From assembly GCA_003344405.1 (NCBI GenBank), contig NOWV01000185.1, positions 124,001-156,788 of the forward strand: a stretch of 32,788 bases of DNA, in the 5' to 3' direction. Each line of letters begins with the position of its first letter. Within the stretch, counting starts at the first letter, position 1. Made by a program: the position numbers and the translations under genes. The notes below the pieces were generated by a model. The model worked only from the letters and a program-made list of their open reading frames with translations. It had not been told where the DNA came from and ran no database searches. Source of the DNA: Trichoplax sp. H2 (Eukaryota). Below, in pieces: positions 1-13,489 of this stretch.

Positions 1-2964
1 TAATTCTAAAATTCCAAGAGTTAAATTCGAGTGAATCAATCAACATTAAAATTTCCGAAACGATTGAGGAGTTTATATTTTCAAGATAAACTGACTGAAA
101 TGATAGTTTTAATAAATGAAGGTAAAGAAAATTTAACTTTTCAACTCTGCTAGTAAACTAAAAATGCCCAATATTTTTAGACTTAGGTTGCTATTGATCT
201 TTAATCTTCATCTTTCCAATTTCTCTATGCCGGTTTAACAGTATCAAAAGAATTTTACTGGTTTGTCTTAATATCATCTACAATATGAAATAATACTCCC
301 AAGGCGAATCCATGCACTCAAAGTGCATGGATTGTTAATAAGTGACCTCAATGAAGGTATTAAAATTGTATATTTGGACTCACCTCCAGGTAGAAGCGAT
401 TATCTAATACACTATTTTCATGCCGAAGGAAGACTAAACAGCTCAAGCTTATTTATAAAGAAAAAAGATTGAATACCGATTGATTTAATATATATATATG
501 TACATCAGTAATGTGAAAATAGCAGGTGCATCTTTAGAAAATAAGGCTTATTCTTAAAGATGTGCAATTTAATTCAAGCAGAATAGTCAATTTCGTTATA
601 ATGCTGCACTGTTTTCCTTCACGCCCAACCAAGGTGTTATGCAAATAGATAAGTCCAGCTTAATATTGATTTGAATTTTAAAAGTTAATATTATCTAAGT
701 ATAAAATAATCCTGATAAATATCAAACTATAATATGTAACCTTTCATTCTATAGAAAATATTTCAAATTATAATAAATAAAAGAGTTGAAAAGGCAAACG
801 TAATTACCGTCAAAGATCGAAGAATTGCTGCTACCTATTCTATTATTTTAGTTTTTATTTATAAATATCTATTTTTAGCTTATTATAGTTATGAAAAATT
901 TACTATATAGATCTATTTATCATTAGTTATATAAATCAATTGAAATCTTACGATAAAAGTATTTCATTTCTTTCAATTAAGACAGCAAATCAGTTTATGC
1001 TTTATTTCTCGCATCTCATTTAGTATATTACCATTTTCTGTTTCAATAATTTCTAGAAGATGACAGCCAAATAAGATAGGATACCTCATAGGACTATTAA
1101 TCATCAATATTACTGTTATAGCAATTTCAGAAAGACTGCACTAAAACTCAATCACATGATACAATTAATGTGTGTGAGAATCGATTCAATTTTTGATAAG
1201 CTTTTTGCAATTTTATGTATTATCCCCATTTTGCTCTTAAATAGAACAATAGACGAATTTTTACCTCAAGCTTGTAAACAAAAACAACGTTAACCTAAGT
1301 TTGAGAAGAAGTGAAACATAGGCGTAAATATTTGTGATCTATATTCTTTTGTGATATCAATTTCAAGTTATCTATTACTTTGAATAAATGTAACTATTAT
1401 ATTGCGTCTCTTGGTAACTATGTTGCTGTAATTTTCAAATTTCTCATATTCTTATTCTACCTCTGGGAGGATATATTAAAATTACATATTCAAAATGTAC
1501 ATTTAATCTAAAACTATATAAGCAATTTTCCAATACTAAGTTGGCCAATTTTTACATGCGTCTTTTACGCTAATGATAACCATTAGGCTTAACTGCTAAG
1601 TTAGTGATGTAAATAATTATATATATACAATATTAAATACATCGAATAGAATTGCCCTCCAATCAGAGTAAGTGTTACTAAACTCATACTTTAAGCTATT
1701 ATGATGAGTATACCAGATCGAAATTTAAATTAACATGAAAAAAATAATAGATAAGAGTGGTTCTTCAAAATGAATTTAATCCTAATTTGTAGCATAAATA
1801 AACAATCTCAATTCCCAAGGTCCATACGAGTAAAATTGAAAGTAAACGTTTTAGTCAATGCTAAGGTGATGGAAAATTGATTGTCACTTGTTATCTGTTA
1901 TTTATTGCTATACTAACAAAAGATAAAATAGAAATCTGAAGGTTATAGTTAAAATTTTATCGTTTTACAAACTAAATAGCCTGAAAAGGATTAACTGTAA
2001 AAATTTTTAACTATAGCTCGATGTTCAATTGAATGCTCGTAATTATTAAAAGTTTAAGCTACAATGTAAATTTGAATATTTGTCACAATTAATTTTTTAA
2101 TATTGACTGGATTTATTATTTATAAATGACTATAAGGCAAAAATTTTGTGTTAGGGCTGCTACCTTTCACTAATTGCGGCACCGATTTTTAATACGGTAA
2201 AAAGATATCAATAAGTTGCATATTGTGTAATTATGACTGCTATGAAGATTATTGGTAAACATACTCAGATATTACCGTACATTATCTGATATGCGGCACT
2301 TCGATTCATTGTACTATTAGCATTTGGATAAGGAAATTCAGTAAGGTTTATTTTCATCTCAATATCAAGTTCATGTCACAAGATTATATTTGCGACAATA
2401 GTCGCAGACGCACAGTCGGAATATCTCTAATTCCTCAATAATATTCTAGTTAAAAGCTGTAGATTTTAAATACTACTATTCAAGATTTCTGATTATATCA
2501 GTCGGATGAGATAATTTTTGATTGAAAGTACAGCTATGTTCGATGAAAATCTTATTAGGATAGCATAATATATGCAAGTTTATTGAAATACGATTAGGAA
2601 TTGATTAATTCAATACCGTTGCAGTAAACTTAATAGGAATGCATTATCATGAACTACTAGACGCACTTAGTACTTCTTGGTTTTATATTAAATCTATACA
2701 AATGAAGATTCTTTAGTTTCTTAATTTGGTTAATTTGATTGATTTATAAAAGATGAGGTAACTCGCATAATTTAGTCCGTTTTAAGTATCTAAATTTACA
2801 TAAGCTGTAGCAGTCTTACTGACAATTAAAGTCGATTTTTGAGTGCCAGGTTTTACGTGGAAATATCAACTGATTGGTATTCCAATTTACAGTAATGTAG
2901 AATGGTCATACAACTTATTAGAAAATCATTGTATGGCGTGATTTTTAGATTAGAAAATGAAATC

Positions 2965-3138
2965 CATTCAATCATCATCTAATTGATCATAAAATCTGTA
3001 TTTATGATTAATAAATATCTCATTATTTATTTCAATTCAATCAATGTATTAAATCAAATCGTCATCTAATTGAGCATTAACTATGATTTTATGATTAATG
3101 AAGCTCGATTCTTGTAATCTGATCAATCAGTCATCTAT
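2965..3138. repeat. Short diverged duplication, ~75-90 bp unit, 2-3 copies
   Basis: AATC.TCATCTAATTGA.CAT...TTTATGATTAAT occurs at about 2970 and 3057, with a partial third copy near 3125. Confidence 0.65.
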
Positions 3139-5409
3139 ACAACTCTTAACCTTTGAAACCTAAGAATTCGTTTTTCTTATTCGGAATTCTCCTTATTTGC
3201 ATAAAATCAATTTCTTATAATTTTGATATGATTTTAATATTGTTATCTAATATCTATATTATAGCTGTTCCTTTTATCTGCAATGGAATGATTTCTATGA
3301 TATTAAATATCAATATGAATCGCTATTAAGCGGTAGTAGATTTCATATAATCCTTTTAATCGTTGTAAGAATAATTATAACGCACCATGTTATGTTCCTA
3401 ATATAATCTATAGAAAATACGTATACTTAATAATTTAGTAATTATCATCATTATATTGATTTACACCATAAATGAATATTTCCTTTTATCAAAATACTAT
3501 TACGGTAAAATGAGTTGTAGTGGTCAATATGCGATATTTCTACTTACGGTAAGGATTAATACAGGTTATCTATATTATATCTTTAAATGACTGGTATCTT
3601 CATTATTGCTTTCTTATTTTAAATTAAACATTACATCATTAAATATCTCAATATTTATTGATACACATCTTAAGCAATTGTATGCATAGTTAATAGTCGA
3701 TAATCGTAACTTCAGCTAATGTTCTAGGAAGATCATCAGACGGATATGTAAATTCCATGCTTCAACGATGCCATTTTAGCCATCTGGCCTTTTAAAAATT
3801 AAAAATTTCCATTGACAAAGAAAATGATAAACCTGATTTAATTTACGGAGATTCTGGTTACTTAATGCTTTCTTCCCTATGAGTATAATAAATTGCACAG
3901 TTGCTATCCTTTAACATGCCCTTATTACCTTGATATTAAGGGTTAAATTTATAGCCTACAATATTCATTGATTTAATAGAAATGATAGAATGATGAGGTA
4001 GTATCAATTGATCATGTATTAATTATGCAGAAGAAATCATTCTCCAATGATAAACATTTCTGATAAATAAAATTCAATTGTACTGGAGATAAAGTATATC
4101 AATAATGAACATGATGGCTTAAATAATGGATATTGTCAACGTCTAAGCTGTCGCAATTTAGGTCCCTGTCATGAGAGAAAATTAAAGGGAAAGAATATAC
4201 ATATAGTTACATTATTAGATATGATATTGCACATGGGTTAATTTAGTTACAAAGAAACTTATAAAATGCTAAACGGCATCAGTTAAATCAGTCGTGTTTG
4301 AAGTTGAATAACCCCTTCGTTACAAGCAAATAAACTAATGTAGCAATTATACAATGCATGTTATGATATTCTAATTATTTATATTGTTGATCATGGAAAG
4401 CTATCAATTTTTCCTATCGCAAAACAAAATAAATTTACTTATTTCCGGATTTACTAGAATCTAAACAGAAATATAAGTTAGGTTATTATCCATTCTACTA
4501 CGCTATTACTAATTAATACGTTAATTCAATTAGATAAGCTACTCACTTTGCACTCATGATAATGGAGTTTCACTCTGTTTCGATCATATTTTGGCTTTGG
4601 ATTGAGGACAGGATACATTCAATGTTAAAAATGAACTCAATATTATAAGGATACAAATGATAAGAAGAAAATAGCATGATTTACGATATCATCCCAGGTT
4701 TAATACTTATTTTCATGCTTAGAATCGATCTTTTTAGTATCATCATCCTTTAATCTCTGTGCGTCATTTTGGTTCTAGGTCACAGATAAAGTAACGACAT
4801 CCTAATCATCTTCTATCTATCTATTTTCTTTGGGCAATTGTATGTTTCATTTAAATTAACTCTGAAATCTAAGAATTGTATTGCTTTTAATAAAAAATTA
4901 CTCTTAAATTGAAGAGTACTTAATAACAGCTTAAAGTACCTCATCATTATAATTATACCATTTTGATAGAAGCCAATTATTACTTGTAGATATTATCAAT
5001 TAGCTTTGTTCGAGACTCAAATAGAAATTTCCAGGAAACTATTCATAAGTACAAGAATGAAAAGCAACTGTCAGGAAGTGAATAAATAGACGTTAGAAGA
5101 TGGAGAAACTCAATTTTAAATCTGTCAGTTTGCAGCAGAGTTTGTACTTGATAATTTTATAAACAAAAAGGATGGAATATAATGATGATTAAGAGGTAGA
5201 ATACAGGAAATTATTGATCCAATACATTAGTTTATTGCTATCGATATCGTCACTAAGTAGAGCAGAAACGCAGAATAGTTTTAATTTCCGGTTCCTTTTA
5301 CAATGACCAGGTGATTCTAAGTCAAACATAGCACCTCCAGTTTTCTGTTCTAGATATTGTCTCGCTTTCTATGATGGCTTCATTAAAGGATCTTGCACAT
5401 GTCTGTATT

Positions 5410-6020
5410 TTAATTATACTCTAGTGTTGTAATCTTTAATATCTTTTAAAGTATTATAGTTTCTGAGCCTTTTAACTATGATATACTTTGCTTGTTATAA
5501 GTTTACTATTTTACCTACAAAGAGATCCTTCCATTATTTGAGACAATGATTAAATAAAATTTAATGATACTCTGATATTGTATACTCTTTCATATTTTTT
5601 TAATTTTGGGAATTTCCCCAGCTCTTTAACCGTGATATGTTTTATTTGCTATAAATTTACTGTTCTGCCGATTTAGAGTACCTTCTATCATTTTAGATGA
5701 TGATCTAATAAAATCCATTAAATAGTATTTAATTAGACACTGATGTTGTATAGTTTTTTATATCTTTTAAAGAATTGAAATTTCCACTCTTTGACCATGT
5801 TATACTTCATTTGTATAAATTTACTATTTTGCTTGTTTAGAGCTTTGTCTATCATTTTAAATGATAACCAAATAAAATTGAATTATACTCTGATGTTGTA
5901 TAATCTTTTAAATTTTTTAAAGTATTACAGTTCCTCAGCTCTTTTAATCATGATATATTTTACTTTTTATACAGTTGCTATTTTGCCCATTTAGAGCATC
6001 TTCAATCATTTTAGATGCTA
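5410..6020. repeat. Diverged tandem array, ~150-165 bp unit, 4 copies
   Basis: AATTATACTCTGATGTTGTA-like starts at about 5412, 5563, 5731 and 5881. The copies share TATAAATTTACTATTTT and TTTAGAG...ATCATTTTAGATG. Confidence 0.85.
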
Positions 6021-7604
6021 TTACGAATATAATCACCTATATCAGCACTGGCCAACATAAATTAGAGGGAACTGTGCTTAACATTATTTCCGAAATTAGT
6101 GCATGCTATTTTTTTAATGGTTTCTCGGAATTTTAGTTGTCTTAAAATAAATATCTGTACGCGTACAATACTATTACTTGCATTGAACGGATACAGTGCT
6201 TAATAATGTTTTCAATGTCCATTATCTAATGCATGAAAATTGCTGTACCTAGTATATCACAAATTTAATTTTATTTTACCTAGATAAAATGAATTCAGCA
6301 GTCTTGTATTCAATCCCTTAACCAGCAATATATTATAATCGAACATATTACCATAAGTTTATTTTATTAATTATAGCTATATAGTTACGACTGCTATAAG
6401 TGTATATTAGTAGTGAAAATTTTCTACTGTAAGAACTCCATTACGCTATGTGACTGGAATTAGTCGATATATGGACTTGGGACTGTACAGTACTTAACTT
6501 TCGGAATAAAATTAGTTTCTCTTTAAAAGGCTGGCGTAAATCAATGAAGGACTATTAGGTGATCATGGACGGAATTGGTAGATTTACGTGGCTTAAGACT
6601 TTCAATTTACTGTAAAACAGAAACCAGTATTTCTTTGCAAGCCTCACTCACCTCAATGAAGCAAACTTAATAGTCAAGGCAATATGGTTATACGTTGCAA
6701 TCGCCATCATAATGCTAGCACACTAATACTATCTGACAACTTCTCAAGGTTGACTAGCTTTGAAAAATTGATCTCGCTATCGTGATCGAATTTTTAGTGA
6801 CTTTACGAGCCTAAAACTTGCATTAAACTACTTACTATCAAAATCAAAATTAATCTAAAATTGCAAGCCCAGTTTAGTTCAGTGAGGTCAATTCAATAAT
6901 TATAGCAAAGCTACATGATTATGTGCCTAAAATACAAACATGCCAGAAAAGACAGCATTTTCAAAACTTGCATGCTTCAAGATCTCTTTCGCAATATCTC
7001 AATCGAATATAGTCAATTGACGGACCTGAAACTTTTATTGAACTAAAAAACTTAAAATTAGTTTACTTTTATTAGTCTAGCCTACCTCAATGGTGTCAAT
7101 TCAATAATCAGGACTAAGTGAATATGTTGTTATGTTGTATATAATTAATGCAAACTTGGCAGAAATGACATTATTTCTTAAATTTGAGCGCATTAAGAAT
7201 TCTTTGACACTATCTTTGATCGATTTTATTAGAATTATGGGCCTATGGCTCCTATAAAAGTATAGAAATCAAAGATTAGGTTACTTTGCAAGCTTGGTAA
7301 CCCTACCTCAATGAAGCCAATTTGATAATCAAGGCCCATGGTTACGAGTTGTACGGTATGCCAGCATGCCAATGATGACAGTTTTTCCATGGTTTTCTAT
7401 CACACTATGGCAAAATCTATTAAATTTATGAACCTAAGACTTGTATTAAAGTATAGAAATTAAAATGAAGGTTATTTTGCAAGCTTACAGCAAACTACCC
7501 CGATGAGGCTAATATAATAATCAAGGCTACATGGATACGAGTGGTATGCAAGTATGCCAGGGAAAGATAGTTTTTTCCAAGGTTTGCATACCCGGATAAC
7601 TATC

Positions 7605-7971
7605 TGTAGTGCAGCCCAAATATAGCTTAAGATTATATACAGTATGTGTGAATATCGTGCATGACGTAATTACTAGGCTAATTAAGATAGATACCCTTGT
7701 ATAGGTGCTAGATCGTAGAGTGAGATTAAATATGTGAGGATTTGTATTAGTAATTGCAATACGGATTGTAAAAGTTATTAGTCATACTGCTTGGCACCTC
7801 CAGGTACGCTAGAGGTGTGATGTTAGCCTTATTAAGGTAGATAATGATTTATGTGTCACGAAGATACTCTGTACACAATTGTATATAAGCAGGAGATTTT
7901 ATCTCCGAAGACAGAGTAGCCATAGATAATCTAGTCCTTGGTAGAAAACGTAATTATTGTAATAAAGTGAT
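7605..7971 (+). mobile_element. Putative LTR of an LTR retrotransposon (5' part, cut off by the assembly gap)
   Basis: It begins TGTAGT exactly where the sequence departs from the identical copy of the flank seen after the gap. It contains TATATAAG (7882-7889) followed by AATAAA (7961-7966), the U3-R order expected in an LTR, and is unrelated to the surrounding array. The terminal CA and any internal gag/pol are not visible. Confidence 0.6.
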
Positions 7972-7991
7972 NNNNNNNNNNNNNNNNNNNN
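7972..7991. other. Assembly gap (20 N), flanked by a 174-bp exact duplication (7432-7605 = 7992-8165)
   Basis: A run of N, with base-for-base identity between the two flanking copies at an offset of 560. Confidence 0.97.
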
Positions 7992-10169
7992 ACCTAAGAC
8001 TTGTATTAAAGTATAGAAATTAAAATGAAGGTTATTTTGCAAGCTTACAGCAAACTACCCCGATGAGGCTAATATAATAATCAAGGCTACATGGATACGA
8101 GTGGTATGCAAGTATGCCAGGGAAAGATAGTTTTTTCCAAGGTTTGCATACCCGGATAACTATCTCACAACGATGACCAAATTGAGCATTTTACGGGGCT
8201 GAAGCTTTCGCATTAGAGTATAAAAACCGAATTTAGTGTTTCTTTGCAAGCCTGGTTTACCTCAATGAGGCTAATTTAATAAATTAGAGCTTCCTGGCTA
8301 TGCTTGAAACTGCAAGTCTGCCAGAAATGACAGCTTTGCACAGGCTTGCGAGCGTTAGCAACTTGATCACGCTATTACGGCCTAAGTTGCTCGATATAGG
8401 AGGGTGCCTAAGACTTGTATGAAACTTTAGAAACGAACTCTAGGGTTCATTAGCACGGTTAATGTAATGAATTAGAGCTCTCCTAGTTATAAATGAAGCT
8501 GTAAACCTGCTAGAAATGACACCTTTTTAAAGGTTTGCAAGCTTTAGGAACTCCATCACGCTATCTCGACTTCAATTGGTTGATATGGGGTTTGTTAGAC
8601 TTGTATTTAACTTTAGAAACAAAACCTAGAGTTTGTTAGCAAGGCTGACCTACCTCAATGAAGTTAATTTAATCCACTAGGGCTGCCATGATCGACTGAC
8701 ATTGTCTCAAATGCTGGCAAGCTTTAGGAACCCTCCCACGCTTGCGTACCTAATTTAGTGGATTTGCTAGCCTAAAACTTGTTAATTACGCCATAGGCAC
8801 AAAAACATGAGTTTGAATTTGCGAGGTGGCCTACATCAATCATTCTTGCAGGAGTGAAGTCGTGACAGTTAGATGAACATATTGGCAGCATTAAAGTTCT
8901 ATCAATCTGTTTTGTCCAGCAGATTCTTTCATTTTCATAGTTCTAAACTTTTATATTATCATCTTCCAATTATATCCATTGCGATCTATTTTGAAAAAAG
9001 CGATGGAATGCAACTTTTATACTGCCTTCAATCGCTAAAAATTAACAATACTTCCTGGTTACGGAATACAACATTTCTCTGTTGATAAATTTATTCCCAA
9101 AACAGTAATATTGTATTTTGCAGTTAACAAATCATTATAATAACAAAATACGCTTTGCTATATCAATTCAAATTAAGATGATATCTCCATTTGCATAAGC
9201 GCATGAAACAATATTGATTGAAAAATACCACTAATTGAATATTATTTAGCGTAATAATCATTGTTGACAGGGAAACTAAAATGTTTTCGAACTATTTACT
9301 TAACGACATATTAATAAAGACTTATTTAGAAGTCCGCAAATCATGAAAGGAAAATGGCTCGCTTAATTGATTAAGTTTCTTCTATTAGACGATAGCTATC
9401 ATTTATTTATAAAATTTAAAGAATGTTAAAAATTATCATTGGTTTCATTTAATAGGCTGATAAAGGTAGTCTATATGAATTAACACTTTATTATTTGATC
9501 CTTTGTAAATGAAATCTTATAGCCAAAAATGAAGCCAAGTATTTACCGTAAGAATTATCCTATAACTGCAACGCTGCTGACACATAATATTGGAGCGATG
9601 GACTAGACTAATGTATGCATCAATTTGTTCTTAGCTAGCTTTAAATACGGTAAGAATTACGTGCAAAATTTTGTATCATATTCCATAGCTTTAGAAAAAT
9701 CTATGCAAATTCATTTGGATATCATACCAGTAAGAATAATTATTTATCAACATTGTGATGTTGAAGAACTTTGAAATCACGATCTCTATAACTACGTAAA
9801 TCCAAGAATATGAATGCCACTTATATTTATGTAATTAGAGTTAGTGCTATTCCAATGCCTTGATCTAACATTAGTCTATCTCGATTAAATTTTTGACGCA
9901 GTAAAAAATACCTTGTAAAGATCATTCTTCGGATGTTGAACAAATAGGTTGTGGCTTTTGGCAATAATATGTTTTAACTCAGCGAAATGCTAGAAAAATA
10001 ACATTTATTCCATGATTAGCATTGCTTTAAACCATTGCACTTAGTTATCTTCGCTGTATTAATCGCCGTTGTTTATTCAATTCTAGTTATAACTGCAAAC
10101 TCGGATATAGTCAGAACATCAAATTACATCGAATAAATTTGTATACATATTCTTCTACAACCTATCGAA

Positions 10170-11250
10170 AGGCTATAATTATAAAAATATGACGGGTGCC
10201 TAAGAATTTTTCCTTTGTAATAAAGGAAATTGGGTTAATAAGCTTAAGTAGAGATTCAAATTATTTGTGTGTATGTATACGCGTAAATTCAAAATTAGAT
10301 TTTATCCTAGATAAGTTCAAGTTTCCGAAATGATATATCATTATTGTGAATACTTAATTAAGGAGCTTTCCTTTGCAATATAAAAATTGGCTTAACGAGC
10401 TTATTAAGAGTCCAAATGAATTTTGTTTATATTTAAAATTAAGTTTTCGAAACGATATAACCACTATGAATGCTTACAAAATTTTTCCTTCATAATTAAT
10501 ACAAGAAACCCGCTAATAAAGCTTATCAGAAGTCTAAACTATTTGTGTATATGTTATATATCTAAAGCTAAATTTTATCCTAGTTCAAGTTTCCGAAACG
10601 ATATCATTATGATGGACGCTTAAGAAACTTTCCTTTATAATAAAGAAACTGGCTTAATAATAAGCTTACTAGTAGTCCAAATTTTTTGTGTGTATATTTA
10701 AAATAAACTTTATACTATTTCAAGTTTCCGAAACGATATCATTATGACGAATGCTAAAGAAAATTTTCTTTACAATCAAAGAAATGGGCTTAATAACCTT
10801 AGTTCAAGTTTCCGAAACGATATCATTATTACGTAAGCATTAAGCAACCTTTATAATAATAAAAGAAAGAGGCTTAATAAGCTCAATTAAGGATTCGAAT
10901 TACTTGCAAGTATATTTAAAATTAAATTTTATCCTAGTTGAAGTTTCTAAAACGATATTATTATGACTGATACTTTAGAAACTTTTCTTTATACTGATAG
11001 AAACTAGCTTAATAAGCTTATTAGGAGTCCAAATTGCTTTTATATGGTATATTCAAAATTAAACTTTACCTTACTTCAAGTTTCCGAAATGATATCATTA
11101 TTATAGGTGCTTAAGGAACCTTTATAGTAAAAGAAATTGGCTTAATAAGTTTTGTCCAAGTTTCCAAACGATATTATTATAACTTATGCTTAAAAATTCT
11201 CCATCATAATGAAAGAAATTGACTTATTGAGAAATCTTATTAGGAGTTAA
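10170..11250. repeat. Tandem array, ~135 bp unit (some copies shortened to ~80 bp), 8-9 copies
   Basis: TTCAAGTTTCCGAAACGATATCATTAT variants occur near 10316, 10440, 10584, 10719, 10803, 10938, 11075 and 11157. The intervening sequence is also homologous (TAATAAAGAAA.TGGCTTAATAAGCTT). Confidence 0.92.
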
Positions 11251-12269
11251 GACTGTGTTTCAAGCTGGTTCAGTTTTTAATTTATTATGACCTTCACTCT
11301 GATATGGACAGGTAGTTTAGCAGGTCCTTTATCCAAATTTACCTTCTTATTTTAAGTTTCTAGTGAGACTTTACAATTGCTAGATAGCTACTAATATAAC
11401 TAAACGGTAACAAAATTGAATCGAATCGAATGTTAATGTCGAACCGCTAGCTATAAAATGAATTTTTCCAAGGAATGAAACAATAATAAAGTTAGTATAC
11501 ATCGTTCATTCTATTAACGTAACACTAAATTCTTGAAAAAGTCAGCACCTTGGCAATAATAGCAAGTGCTTTAACTTAGCAGCTTCTAATTAGATTTCGA
11601 GTAGAAGCAACCTGGTAACTAAAATCATTATTTTAGGGTTAAAAGGGCGACTATTAACTGCATTAAATGGATCAGTCCAAGACTGAATGATAAATGGAAG
11701 ATATGATTTTCATTTTCATGGTTGCACTTCATTTGGCTATTATTGTGCCCACTTGAAAATAATAGTATTCTAATTTAGACGTGTACCATTAGGCAAATTT
11801 TCGAGTCAAGAATTCTGCTTAATTATGTTCTAAGAATATTTTAAAGCAACTATTTCATGGTGAAGGATTGGACTCGATAACTAAGTGACATAACCTTTCC
11901 ACCTATTCGATACTTAGAATATTGATCAACATCTAACTCCCTAAATTAATTTTGTTACAATCTATTCTATACAGAAACTACTTCTTATTTCTAGTGCAAT
12001 ATTTCTAATTACTGTTACGTAGAAGCAGTTAGATCGGCCACTCTACTTAAAGCAACTGAAATTTTGAATAGTTTATAACCATTTGAGAAATTCTCTTACT
12101 CTTTAAAATCCAATAATTCATGTGATGCTTTTAATCTCACTCACTCAGCTCTAGGATTGTGGTAGCTTATTAAGCAATATTTTTACTTTTAGCAATCTTG
12201 TTAAAGCTATTGAATGAGAGGAATTTCTTGTGGTCAGATAAAGCTGATTAGTGTTATTAGCAGTATATG

Positions 12270-12950
12270 TAGTATTCTGTTTATAGTAAGCGAGATTGAT
12301 ATTGCAAGATACTGTAGCCAGTCAAATACATAATTTTTACCTATTACTATCAATTAGATTTTAAGCTATTCAGCACAAAGCATTTTAGATACTAGTTACA
12401 AAGCAGTTCAAGCGTTTTTTCCGAGATACTGTAATCTATTAGAAATCACTTTGCCGATGATCACTTGTAGTGTTTTTTATAGCAAACGAGTTCGATATTG
12501 CAAGATACTGTAGCCACCCAAATGCATAATTTTCACCGATAGCTTACTATTAGGTTTTTAGCTATTCAGTATGAAGCATTTTAGACACTAGTTACAGAGT
12601 CGTTTAAGTATTTTTTCCTGGATAATCTATTAAAAATCACTTTTCCGACGATCACTTTTTGCCTTCTTTTTACAGCGAACGAGTTCGATATAGTAAGACA
12701 CTGTACCCAACCAAACGTATCATTTTACCAATTGCTAGCTACTAGATTTCAGCTAAAATATCTTAGAAACTAGGATTATCCTTTAGATTCAGCTTTTCGA
12801 TGATTATAATACATGTGATAATCGTCGATAATTTTACTTATCCCTAGCCACCCAATTTTCAGCTAGTCGACACAAAGCATCTTAGACACTAATTATAAGG
12901 TAATCTAGACATTTTATCCGAGATCATCCTTCGGATTTCGCTTTTCGATA
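12270..12950. repeat. Diverged tandem array, ~195 bp unit, 3-4 copies
   Basis: GATATTGCAAGATACTGTAGCCA occurs at 12298 and 12495, with a variant at 12687. AAGCAT(T/C)TTAGA(T/C)ACTA is repeated near 12377, 12574 and 12875. Confidence 0.85.
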
Positions 12951-13489
12951 ATTAGCCAGTCTTAGTGGTGAGATTTATTATGGTTGATGGCTTCCAAATC
13001 ACCAGAAAATAAACTCATTTTAAGTAGAGTGATGGCAATGCGAAGAGCATTCGACTGTCAGCTGAAAGAAGATAGCGTACAAATTAGTCCAGAAAAGATC
13101 GTTTACCGTATTTAGCACAAAATCATATATAGTAGTAAAAGGAACATTAACTTCAGATATAATTAGCTTTAAGCAGTAGTAACAGTACTGAAAAGTATAA
13201 TGGGAGTTAAAACTAATGCTATTCCATTATAGGGTTTAGCTAACTTATCTAATAAAATTGATTTAAACTTTTCATTAAAAACATGAGATAACTTCTTGTA
13301 GTTGAAGGAACTTTAGTTATGGACGTATGGTAGGCAAATAGCGTAGGTTGCTTGTGCATTAGGTTAACAATTAATGGAATAGAAAGAATAAATCTGATGT
13401 ACTTTCAGTAATAAAAAATACAATAATTCCTGAGTGTTTATCACGACTGTTACTTAGCCAGGCATAAATACGATAAAGTAATTTATCTC

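Larger units (their letters stand above)
6540..8841. repeat. Diverged tandem array, ~190-225 bp unit, about 9-10 copies
   Basis: The motifs CCTAAGACTTGTATTAAA, TTTGCAAGC, (CTA)CCTCAATGA(A/G)G and TGCCAGAAATGACAG recur. CCTCAATG-type anchors lie near 6651, 6878, 7085, 7306, 7498/8058, 8260, 8653 and 8834. Confidence 0.9.

Noticed and set aside
346-356. CCTCAATGAAG match to the 200-bp array core
   Set aside because: It is an isolated short match with no flanking similarity and is likely chance.
3-473. Open frames 3-89 (ILKFQELNSSESINIKISETIEEFIFSR*, AATAAA at 111) and 272-473
   Set aside because: They could be the tail of a neighbouring gene, but they are too short and lack recognisable homology.
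5791-5994. 67-aa hydrophobic ORF
   Set aside because: It has a TTG start, lies inside the ~155-bp tandem array, and its composition reflects AT-rich DNA.
10423-10623. 66-aa ORF (likewise 15683-15865)
   Set aside because: Both have non-ATG starts, lie within tandem arrays, and show no protein features.
10300-10960. Helitron-type rolling-circle origin for the 135-bp array (CCTAG-TTC junctions)
   Set aside because: There is no GC-rich hairpin ~10 nt before CTAG, and the junction is not the canonical CTRR|TC.
10316-11180. CRISPR-like appearance (recurring ~27-bp core containing GTTTC...GAAAC)
   Set aside because: The spacers are homologous to each other and 55-115 bp long, there are no cas genes, and the context is eukaryotic and intron-containing. 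It is a tandem repeat.
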